A DNA stretch of 64,000 bases, taken from the NCBI GenBank assembly GCA_963796965.1, contig CAWCNS010000005.1, forward strand, positions 928,001 through 992,000, written 5' to 3'. The stretch is from Calditrichia bacterium. Its GTDB lineage: Bacteria; Calditrichota; Calditrichia; JAJRVZ01. Each line of letters starts with the position of its first letter. The stretch's first letter is position 1. Shown one piece after another: positions 49,343-57,702 of this stretch. The translations under genes and the position numbers were made by a program. The notes below the pieces were generated by a model. That model was not told where the DNA came from. It searched no databases and saw only the letters and a program-made list of their open reading frames with translations.

Positions 49343-49385
49343 ATTATAAAACCTTTATTTACTAATATACTTACAAAATTTATGG

Positions 49386-49713
49386 TCAAAAGGCTTCCTC
49401 AATGCCGAAATAAACTCCACTCGTCCCAGGACCAAGACCTAAATACATGCGCAGATTTATTTTTGTTCTTCGTTGAACAAGAACCGGAGACCGGCCCCAT
49501 AACTGGTTTTCCGGTACCTGAGTGGGGAGACCGGAAAAAATCTCTAACTTACGTCCCATCGCTTCCGCTCTCTCTATAATTTCCTGCTGAATCGGAATTA
49601 CGATAGGAAAGTCATTTTTAGCAGATTTCATATCAAGCCAGACTAACTCGATTGTCGTCTCTTCTAAAAGATATTCCAGGGCCTCACGAAGGGAAGGTAT
49701 TTTCTCTCCATTG
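49386..49713 (-). pseudogene. Chimeric remnant: glycerophosphodiester phosphodiesterase fragment fused to an outer-membrane beta-barrel C-terminus
   Basis: NGEKIPSLREALE...VWLDMK (GDPD-like), then KINLRMYLGLGPGTSGVYFGIEEAF. Confidence 0.55.
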
Positions 49714-50209
49714 AATTAGGGTAAGTTTCTTTTAAATCAAGGTAAATCGCCTGATTCAATTTTTCTCTATTTATCTTCTTTAAAATAATGATCCACTCAG
49801 GATCCTCAATACAATTTACACATTTTTAGATTGACATATAGTTAAAAGTCCCTTAGATTCACTGAAAAACGGGCAATAAAATTAATGAATCAACCCATCT
49901 TAAAAAACACCCTCACTGATAGTTACAAGCATCTTTTTGAGTGTTGGATTTATTGAACCTCACTCCTCTCTTTGTTTAATCCCTAATTGATACCAAAAAC
50001 CACCACGCCAGTAGGCGGGTAAGCAGAAACCTCATAGAAAGACTCTGTAATTTTAAAGATTGATTACCTTTTAAAGTTATTTGACTTTTAAACTGAAATG
50101 TGTCTTAATGAGATCAAATAATGAGATTACTAATACAAATACAATCAGAGGATAAATAATAAATTCTATTAACTTTTTGGTAATAATCAATTTCTCCAAA
50201 ATCTTCGAA

Positions 50210-52297
50210 TCAAAATATGTATCTGTTATGTAAATTTTGTATACCTTTTGGACTACCTAGTATTGTCAATCTATCTAGTTCTTCAAGTACAGTTCGTCCT
50301 TCTGGTATAAGTATTTCCCCATTTCGATGAATCAGAGCAATTAAACTTCCTTCCGGTAAGTCTAAATCTTTTACCTCGTGTCCAATAAGTGATGTGGTTT
50401 TAGAATTTGATTCCAGGAATATTGATAAATATCGGTCTTCCCGCAACAGTAGCTCTTTTATCTCCTGCTCATTTTTTGCTGAACGCCAGTTTCCAATAAA
50501 ATTTTCATCATCCACATTGCTGGCTATATGAGCTAATGTACGCAGGTGTTGTCCGGGATTTATCACCGGGCTAGCTAAGAAGAAAAAAGCAAATATTTCA
50601 TCATTCGTAATTCGCTTACCTGTTAATTCGCTTTTTGGATCAAGGTATACACCGGTACTACAACGGACCATAACCAATTCTGGGTGTCTTATATCAGGCA
50701 AACGCAGATGTGGTAATGCCGCACCATGAGCAACCGGAGTTGCTCCCACCACAGTTCCTTCCATAAAAGTTTTTTCTAAGATACTTCTCTCTAAGGATAA
50801 TTTTTTTGATAAATAATCCGATGCTCTTCTCAGGATCTCATCATATGAAGCATCTTTATGTATATCAATAAATCCAGCCCTGGCGACAACTGCATCAAAT
50901 GGATCTTGATCATGCAATCCTCTCTCTTTTAGGTGGCTTCTTAGTTCCGTATCCAGACCACTATAACGACGTCGGCCAAGTCTGGCAAAAATGTGATAGA
51001 TAGCCCCATCTCTGACTACTTTATTACGCGCATAATAAAAATACCAGAATATTCCCAATCCAATCATCGCCAGTGTAAATATAACGGAGAACCAACCCAT
51101 TTCTATGATCAACCAGCAAGGTGCTAACATACCAAACACTTGCATCCAGGGATAGAGTGGAGAACGATATCCGGGATCATAAGATTTTATACGGCTTTCT
51201 CTCAATATTATTACCGCCAAAGATACGAGTGAAAAAAGAAGTAACTGGAAAGCACCTGCAAGCTTCGCTATCTTTGTAGGATCGAAAAGAACTAAGACCA
51301 GAAGAATTAGAGTGACGGTTAATACAATGGAGTATTTTGGTGTTTTGTTTTTACTAAAAGACTGTAAAAACTTAGGTAAAAGATGATCCCGACTCATTGC
51401 AAGAGGATACCGTGAACTACTTAAAATCCCAGCATTGGCCACAGAGAAAAATGCAAAAATAGCGGCGATTGTCATCAAAATTGCCCCAAATCTCCCTATC
51501 ATTAGATCAGCAGTCATTGCTACAGGTGTAAGACTGTTTTGTAGTTTTTCTGCTGGTACAACGCCTATCATAACCAATGTTCCAATCGTATAGACCACCA
51601 TAACCGTGCCGAATGCAAGGAACATTGCACGTGGAATATTCTTTTCCGGTTTTATAACTTCTTCAGATACACTGGCAATTTTTGTAAGTCCTATATAACT
51701 TACATATACGAGACCAGCAGTAGAAAATATTGACTTTAATTCTCCATCAAATAGTCTTGAGTAATTATGTCTTTCTATATAAAATAATCCTGTTCCTGAG
51801 AACCAGACTAACAGTAACAGAAGCCCAACAACTAAAATACCCTGAAATGCACCAGATTTTTTCGCTCCAAGGAGGTTTAAAATTCCAAATAAAATAGCAA
51901 AACCCGCAGCAAAAGGTATAATTTGAATTTCAGGTAGAAATAAACTCGCATACGCTCCAATACCAACAAGAGCAAAAGCTGTTTTTAATATAAGAGCCAG
52001 CCAGGTTCCTAATCCTCCAATGGTTCCCAGTAAAGGTCCCATGCTGCGATCTAAAAAGAAATATACACCTCCGGCACGCGGCATGGCTGTTGAGAGCTCA
52101 GCCATGCTGAATAAAGCGGGAATAACAGGAATTGCTGCAATAATATAACTAAAAACCATTGCTTGCCCTGCCTGACCAAACGCAAGCCCTGGTAAAAGAA
52201 AAAAGCCCGAAGCAATTGTAGCCCCAGTGGCTATTGTATAAACATTAAAAAGTGATAATTCTTTTTTCATGCGCTTCGAATTATCTAGAAGTGCCAT
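50210..52297 (-). CDS. APC-family amino acid permease fused to PTS EIIA-like and TrkA-C (RCK_C) domains
   Basis: GATIASGFFLLPG, AELSTAMPRAGG, SSSRYPLAMSRD; ATPVAHGAALPH...QHLRTLAHIA; LIALIHRNGEILIPEG. Confidence 0.9.
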   Translation of the reverse strand: MALLDNSKRMKKELSLFNVYTIATGATIASGFFLLPGLAFGQAGQAMVFSYIIAAIPVIPALFSMAELSTAMPRAGGVYFFLDRSMGPLLGTIGGLGTWLALILKTAFALVGIGAYASLFLPEIQIIPFAAGFAILFGILNLLGAKKSGAFQGILVVGLLLLLVWFSGTGLFYIERHNYSRLFDGELKSIFSTAGLVYVSYIGLTKIASVSEEVIKPEKNIPRAMFLAFGTVMVVYTIGTLVMIGVVPAEKLQNSLTPVAMTADLMIGRFGAILMTIAAIFAFFSVANAGILSSSRYPLAMSRDHLLPKFLQSFSKNKTPKYSIVLTVTLILLVLVLFDPTKIAKLAGAFQLLLFSLVSLAVIILRESRIKSYDPGYRSPLYPWMQVFGMLAPCWLIIEMGWFSVIFTLAMIGLGIFWYFYYARNKVVRDGAIYHIFARLGRRRYSGLDTELRSHLKERGLHDQDPFDAVVARAGFIDIHKDASYDEILRRASDYLSKKLSLERSILEKTFMEGTVVGATPVAHGAALPHLRLPDIRHPELVMVRCSTGVYLDPKSELTGKRITNDEIFAFFFLASPVINPGQHLRTLAHIASNVDDENFIGNWRSAKNEQEIKELLLREDRYLSIFLESNSKTTSLIGHEVKDLDLPEGSLIALIHRNGEILIPEGRTVLEELDRLTILGSPKGIQNLHNRYIF

Positions 52298-52320
52298 TCA
52301 AACCTCGGTTATTATCGTTA

Positions 52321-53451
52321 TCACCAGTTTAATTGAATTATTGTTGGTTTTTTTGGTGTATACTCTTCCATATATTCTCTATAATCATCAAACCAATAGG
52401 CTGAAGGATTGCAGTCAAAAACCATAAACTTGGCTTTTTCCTCCAGATTGGCAGCACGATGATAACGCATGTAAATTTGTTTTTCTGTTTTCCCAACAAC
52501 TTCTATTTTTCCCGTAGAATGAGACATTACAAAACGTGCCCGTTTACCAAGACCAGAGCAGCGCATTCGTGCTTGTTCAAATATTTCATAAGCCTTTTCT
52601 AAGGGCACAGTGAAAGTATTGTTGCCAAGAGTGGGTCGACATTGAAAAACATAATAAGGTGGAACGCCAATGAAAGACAACTTCCTAAAAAGTTCTGATA
52701 AAATCTCTGGAGTATCGTTGACACCTCTGATCAATGGGGTCTGATTAGCAACTATTCCCCCTGCTTTTTGAATTAAGTGCATACACTCAACAGCATAATC
52801 CGTTAGTTCGCGAGGATGATTAAAATGGGTCATAACATATATTTTTTGCCTGGATGTGCTATAGTTATCAATCATTGAAAGGAGTGCAGGATCATTCAAA
52901 ATTCGAATTGGGTTAAAAGCGGGTATTTTTGTTCCGATACGAATCATTTGTACATGATCGATTTCAAACAGATCCCTGATTATACTTTCAAGTATCCGGG
53001 TTGAAAGAACTAGAGGATCACCGCCGGTGAGCAATACATTTGTTATTTCTTTATGTTTTTGAATATATTTAATTCTTTCGCTCACATCTTGTGTTACACT
53101 GTCAGTATCATCCATAAATAGCCGTTTACGGAAACAAAAACGACAATAGGCTCCACAGACATAACTAACCAGAAGAACTGCCGTAAATTCATATTTGTGT
53201 TCCAAACCAGGAAGTACCGTATAATTTTCCTCATCAGAAGCGTCAATCTCACCCCATTCATGCAATTCGTTAATATTCGGTATCACAATACGACGAATCG
53301 GATCATCCAGATCGCTCCATTTGATAAGCGATTGGTAATATTCATTTGTGCGAAAGTCAAATTTGTCAACTACGGGTTGAAGTACTTTCACCTCTTTATT
53401 ACTCAATTGTGGTATCTGATCAAGCCTTCTATAGTATTTTGGATTTTCCAC
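52321..53451 (-). CDS. KamA-family radical SAM protein (lysine 2,3-aminomutase-like)
   Basis: GLEHKY, CGAYCRFCFRKR, LLTGGDPL, IRIGTK, HFNHPRE, NQTPLIRGVND, PYYVFQCRP. Confidence 0.9.
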   Translation of the reverse strand: MENPKYYRRLDQIPQLSNKEVKVLQPVVDKFDFRTNEYYQSLIKWSDLDDPIRRIVIPNINELHEWGEIDASDEENYTVLPGLEHKYEFTAVLLVSYVCGAYCRFCFRKRLFMDDTDSVTQDVSERIKYIQKHKEITNVLLTGGDPLVLSTRILESIIRDLFEIDHVQMIRIGTKIPAFNPIRILNDPALLSMIDNYSTSRQKIYVMTHFNHPRELTDYAVECMHLIQKAGGIVANQTPLIRGVNDTPEILSELFRKLSFIGVPPYYVFQCRPTLGNNTFTVPLEKAYEIFEQARMRCSGLGKRARFVMSHSTGKIEVVGKTEKQIYMRYHRAANLEEKAKFMVFDCNPSAYWFDDYREYMEEYTPKKPTIIQLNW

Positions 53452-53521
53452 TTGTTCTTTCCGGAGATTTGAAAATTAAAGTCCTGGTTTTATTAATATT
53501 ATTGACTTAAATATAGTACTA

Positions 53522-53641
53522 TTACAGAAAAAGCCATCCAAATATGATTGCACTGACGAACAAGACTACAAAAAGAAGTAGCACCCAAATGCCATTGGTC
53601 TCCTTTGGTTCCTTACCAGTTATTATTTCATTTTGGTTCAT
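53522..53641 (-). CDS. 39-aa single-pass membrane microprotein
   Basis: MNQNEIITGKEPKETNGIWVLLLFVVLFVSAIIFGWLFL*, with an AAGGAA SD. Confidence 0.55.
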   Translation of the reverse strand: MNQNEIITGKEPKETNGIWVLLLFVVLFVSAIIFGWLFL

Positions 53642-53786
53642 ATTGATTTCCTTTATGTTGTATTTTCATTCACAGACAATTCACATATGAAATAAATGTT
53701 TTCAGCTACCTTTTTCTATTACAATTCTGCAAGTATTAAAAGTGATATCCAGAAGATTCCTAAAGACCGTACCTATCCTCAGGACT

Positions 53787-54143
53787 CTATCTTTCAGTTT
53801 TTGGTAACTCTTGTTTATTTGGAAATTCTTCTATAAGGCTTTTAAGGATTTCTTCAATATTGTTTTTGTAATTTCCACATTTTCCTTTTCTAACCTGAAT
53901 CAACGCATGATCCAGAATAAAAAGATATTGAAGGATTTTAGCCTTTAAATGAATATCATTTTCATTATAGCTGGACTCCTTTTCTCCATTTAGACAATGA
54001 GAGTTATCTCCATGTTCGCCGTCCTCATTCGGATCCCCGTTAATTTTATTTGAAAACCAATATGTAAAATTATATGTTTCTAAAATCTGCTTACGTTTTT
54101 GAATGATTAACTTTTTATAATATTCCAAATCATCACTCTTCAT
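53787..54143 (-). CDS. Degenerate DksA/TraR-like protein lacking the C4 zinc finger
   Basis: MKSDDLEYYKKLI...LQYLFILDHALIQVRKGKCG parallels the adjacent DksA-like ORF. Confidence 0.6.
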   Translation of the reverse strand: MKSDDLEYYKKLIIQKRKQILETYNFTYWFSNKINGDPNEDGEHGDNSHCLNGEKESSYNENDIHLKAKILQYLFILDHALIQVRKGKCGNYKNNIEEILKSLIEEFPNKQELPKTER

Positions 54144-54303
54144 ACTGAAATCCCTATAGATTTACTTAGAATTATATTATCACTTTGTATCATACAATTC
54201 ATTAATTCCTGTTTGACAACAGATGCAGTTTTTATAATTATTGATTTTGGCCTTAATTCTATAAATATCATAAAACACTACCATAATATTTTTCAAATTT
54301 CAT

Positions 54304-54660
54304 TCAATTCTTGCATGACGTACAGTGCTGTGTATGCGGAACAACTTTCAGTCTTTCTCTCGATATTTCTTGACGGCAAATTATACATATTCCGTAATCA
54401 CCTTCTTTGATTCGAGATAAGGCCTTGTCTAAATGACGTAAGAATTTCAACCTTCGCGCCACAAAATAATTGTCCAGTTCATACTGTATAGCATCACTAC
54501 CCTGATCTGCTATATGCGTTCTATACTGCGAAAACTCGCCACCATTTGGGTGAGTTCTTTTCCCTAGATTAATCGAGTCAGTGGCACTTATAGATCTGAG
54601 CACATCCTGTTGCATCTCAAGAATAATTTTTTCAAAATATTCCAATTCATTTTTATTCAT
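54304..54660 (-). CDS. TraR/DksA C4-type zinc-finger protein
   Basis: HIADQGSD, ALSRIKEGDYGICIICRQEISRERLKVVPHTQHCTSCK. Confidence 0.9.
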   Translation of the reverse strand: MNKNELEYFEKIILEMQQDVLRSISATDSINLGKRTHPNGGEFSQYRTHIADQGSDAIQYELDNYFVARRLKFLRHLDKALSRIKEGDYGICIICRQEISRERLKVVPHTQHCTSCKN

Positions 54661-55037
54661 TGGTCAACTCCTTATTCTTATGTTTATTTTCAAATCTTTT
54701 AAGAAAGGTAACTACAATTATCCGGGAATTATCTTTACATAAAAATGATTCTACATTAAGAATTTTACATTCTGAAAGATTTTCTAACTCACTTTTAAGA
54801 ATATTTTTCACTTCTTCAAATTGTCGAGATTTAAATTCATGAAATGTTGTTAAATCTTGAATTCTTCTATTAAGACGCTGTTCAGCTGGCCAAAGAGAGC
54901 TGAGAAATATGTATTACTAAAAGTTCACTACTAATATTGATCCTCATGGAGGCAGAATTTTCAACCAATTGTTCAGTTACAAATTTTTTTGCAGATTTAT
55001 TTATTTTTGTGATTATTTCAGTCTTAAATTTATCCAT
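54653..55037 (-). CDS. Divergent DUF2294/MpsC-like protein (frameshift ~54905; not in the ORF track)
   Basis: MDKFKTEIITKINKSAKKFVTEQL...ELLVIHI / LSSLWPAEQRL...EEVKNILKSELENLSECKILNV...RIIVVTF. Confidence 0.55.
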
Positions 55038-55060
55038 ATCTTACCTTAAATCTCAGAGGC

Positions 55061-55145
55061 AAAAAAAAAGCCGGTACTCACCTCGATTTTGAGGCATTGA
55101 GTACCGGCTTACGTTATAGCTAACCTACTCTACTTAGAGTTTGTT
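55061..55145 (-). promoter_or_regulatory. Candidate transcription attenuator: leader hairpin, alternative antiterminator and intrinsic terminator
   Basis: Minus strand: AACAAACTCTAAGTAGAGTAGGTT...AAGCCGGTACTCA-loop-TGAGTACCGGCTTTTTTTTT, ending ~23 nt before ATG 55037. Confidence 0.7.
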
Positions 55146-55283
55146 TTCTATCATGTCTACCGAAAATTTATTTTATTTATATTGCTAAAAAATTTATAAT
55201 ATTTAAACGCTTTTACCTACTTTAATATTGGTACTATAAAAGTTTAACAAAATTAATAAAATTTGTTCCAAAAAAAATAATTA

Positions 55284-55650
55284 TTACATAAAATCCTTCT
55301 CAATATTTCTATCCATTACAAATATGATTACTCTTTCGCCAGTATGTGTACTAATGTCAGTATGCAGGGATCTGACTTTGGCATTAGCATTTTCAACAAT
55401 AATATTTCTCTATAACTTTTCGGGAGCTCTCGATAAGTCTTCTTCTTATCTGCTTCACAAGTTGTATTCCATCATTTTCTTTTGCTAGTTTCTCTTCTGC
55501 CGGCGATAGGATTCCTTGAAGCCTTACCAGGATTATATCCTGAATAATAAAAGTTTTTACCTCTTTAGGACCTCTTCCCAGGTGTTCTTTTTCAAATTTT
55601 GTTAATTGGGCGCTAATATCTGCTTCTAATTGTCCTTTTGTTTTATTCAT
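55284..55650 (-). CDS. DUF2294 / MpsC-family protein (frameshift ~55405)
   Basis: MNKTKGQLEADISAQLTKFEKEHLGRGPKEVKTFIIQDIILVRLQGILSPAE... / SLHTDISTHTGERVIIFVMD. Confidence 0.88.
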
Positions 55651-56100
55651 TATATTTAATCCGTCCAATTTTGCAAATGATAGCAAAATTTATCATAGAG
55701 AATCAAATCTTTTATAAATTCTGTTTTTATTGATGTTATTTCGCCAAATAAAAAAATTAACTGACAAATATATGAGTAAATTTAATAAAGTTTACACAAT
55801 TTTACAATTTAGAAATGCTTGATGACTGATTACTGAATGCGAATCTTCATAACACTTTGTCGTACCGAGGACCGAATCGTGGAACGAGATCTTTTGTACT
55901 CACAAATCGCGACCTTCGGTCGGCACGAGCAATATATTTTTTTTATTCATTAACCCAAAGAACCCGCAAAATGCTAATGTTATAAAGAATACTTGAAAAT
56001 CAATTTTTTTAGATTTTGAGGAGGTTGGATGTAATTTCTCCCCCCTACGGGGGATTAATCGATCTGGTTTCTATCCTGCATAGTAAGATTACTTATAAAC

Positions 56101-56128
56101 AAAAATAGCCCGGATTACCGGGCTATTT
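56101..56128. terminator. Terminator downstream of hicB (possibly bidirectional)
   Basis: aaaaatagcccggattaccgggctattt. Confidence 0.75.
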
Positions 56129-56142
56129 AAAGAAAACTAAAG

Positions 56143-56352
56143 TTATGCATACATAAGTTTTCCTCTTGGCTTAGGTACCTCTCTTCCTAAGTCAATAGCG
56201 GTTTCAATCCACTCATTAATTATTATTTCAGCATTTGATAATGCTTCCTGATAACTATTACCGTCAGCCAGGCAACCGGGTAATTCAGGTACCTCTGCAA
56301 TATATGCACCGTCCTCATCACTCCAATATATGATTATTTCATATTTACTCAT
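56143..56352 (-). CDS. hicB: HicB-family antitoxin (short)
   Basis: YWSDEDGAYIAEVPELPGCLADG.SYQEAL.NA...W...GREVPKP. Confidence 0.92.
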   Translation of the reverse strand: MSKYEIIIYWSDEDGAYIAEVPELPGCLADGNSYQEALSNAEIIINEWIETAIDLGREVPKPRGKLMYA

Positions 56353-56606
56353 TTTATTAGATCCCCAAGTTTGTATTTCAATATCAATTGTCGAATTTGT
56401 TTGACTTGATAAGGTTTTGAACTTTTTCCCTTTGGTTGAAGATTTATAATTTCTAAAATTTTTTCCTTTACAAATATGTGATGACTCCCCTTTACACGTT
56501 CTTCAAAACCTAGAGACTTCAAGAGGACTACTAAATCCTTAAACAGGATATTTGCGTCCGATGTTCCCTGCAGAACCTTAGACAATATCTTTTGTTGATT
56601 CGACAT
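56349..56606 (-). CDS. hicA: HicA-family mRNA interferase toxin
   Basis: LGFEERVKGSHHIF, INLQP, KPYQVKQ; ATGA overlap with hicB. Confidence 0.92.
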   Translation of the reverse strand: MSNQQKILSKVLQGTSDANILFKDLVVLLKSLGFEERVKGSHHIFVKEKILEIINLQPKGKSSKPYQVKQIRQLILKYKLGDLIK

Positions 56607-56799
56607 ATTGTAGAATAATCTAAAGATTGCTGTTCTGTATTACAAGAATTTTTTACTATTCTATTTTAAATTGACTGTAGCAAAACGTATCCTCATAAAT
56701 TTGTCGGGCAGCCTGTTATCCATCTTCCTTATTACTTTAAATAAATATGGTTATATTATTTCTGTGAGTAAATCGTCTTCGAGGAAATTAAGATATATG

Positions 56800-57028
56800 A
56801 TTTTTTTCATATAATATTTCAGATTTTTTTTAAGGAGACTTAATGCTATCACTGCTATCACTGCTATCACTTTTATTGAATGTTATCTTTAATCTGTTGA
56901 GATCAAAGAATTCCAAAGAAATATAAACCTCATTTCAACGGAAAAGTGCAGAAACTCCCTATTCTTTGCGGTTTACACCATCACTATTTTAGGAGGGCAG
57001 CATGATGGATGTAATTTATCCCCCACGG
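56800..57028 (+). mobile_element. Internally deleted copy of the rve-type IS (transposase 5' start joined to 3' end and right terminus)
   Basis: MLSLLSLLSLLLNVIFNLL joined at ~56900 to gatcaaagaattccaaag...gatgtaatttatcccccacgg, matching 57703+ and 58621-58749. Confidence 0.8.
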
Positions 57029-57702
57029 AATAGTAGTCATTTTATAACTATTAGAGAGCAGACTAAATTTGGGATTTGTGATGAGTTAATTGAGAATACA
57101 TCTTGTTAATTCCTTATTTCATCATTCGTTTAATTTTAGACAATCGACTATACAGACCATGACTCTCCATAGAACAATAAACCACCATATTTTGATAATT
57201 CGTTGAACATTACGAAATTCCAGCGTAATGGAAATTTGACGGATAGAAAAAAATAGTCATTTTTCGTAACCCAGGAAGGACTCGTAACTCTTCGACAATT
57301 ACGAGTCTTACTTTTGGTCCAGAATAATTAACTCATCATAATTGAGCTAAGTTCAATAAAAACAACAAATCAATTAAATCGAGAAGCCAAAACGTTATCT
57401 CTTGTTTTTTTTTAACTTATCCAATATTGTCCAATATAATACGCACAATCATTTGCCAAATATTTGACAAATTGTTCTCCACTTAAAATACCAAATGACA
57501 GACTATCCATAGATTATGATCCTTATAATACCCACACCGGGTTTAATCAATAGTAACCGGTAGCCCAAATAGAAGATCTATAATTACTTCCAATCCGGTG
57601 ACCATACCCATGAATTATATTTATCGTTATTGATGGGAATATTATATTATCGAACAATAACTTTTATTTTACATGACATTTCAAATTTTGTGGGGAGAAT
57701 AA

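Noticed and set aside
56844..56872. 9-bp tandem repeat (tgctatcac x3) as an operator
   Set aside because: Explained as slippage in the start of the deleted transposase copy (MLSLLSLLSLL)
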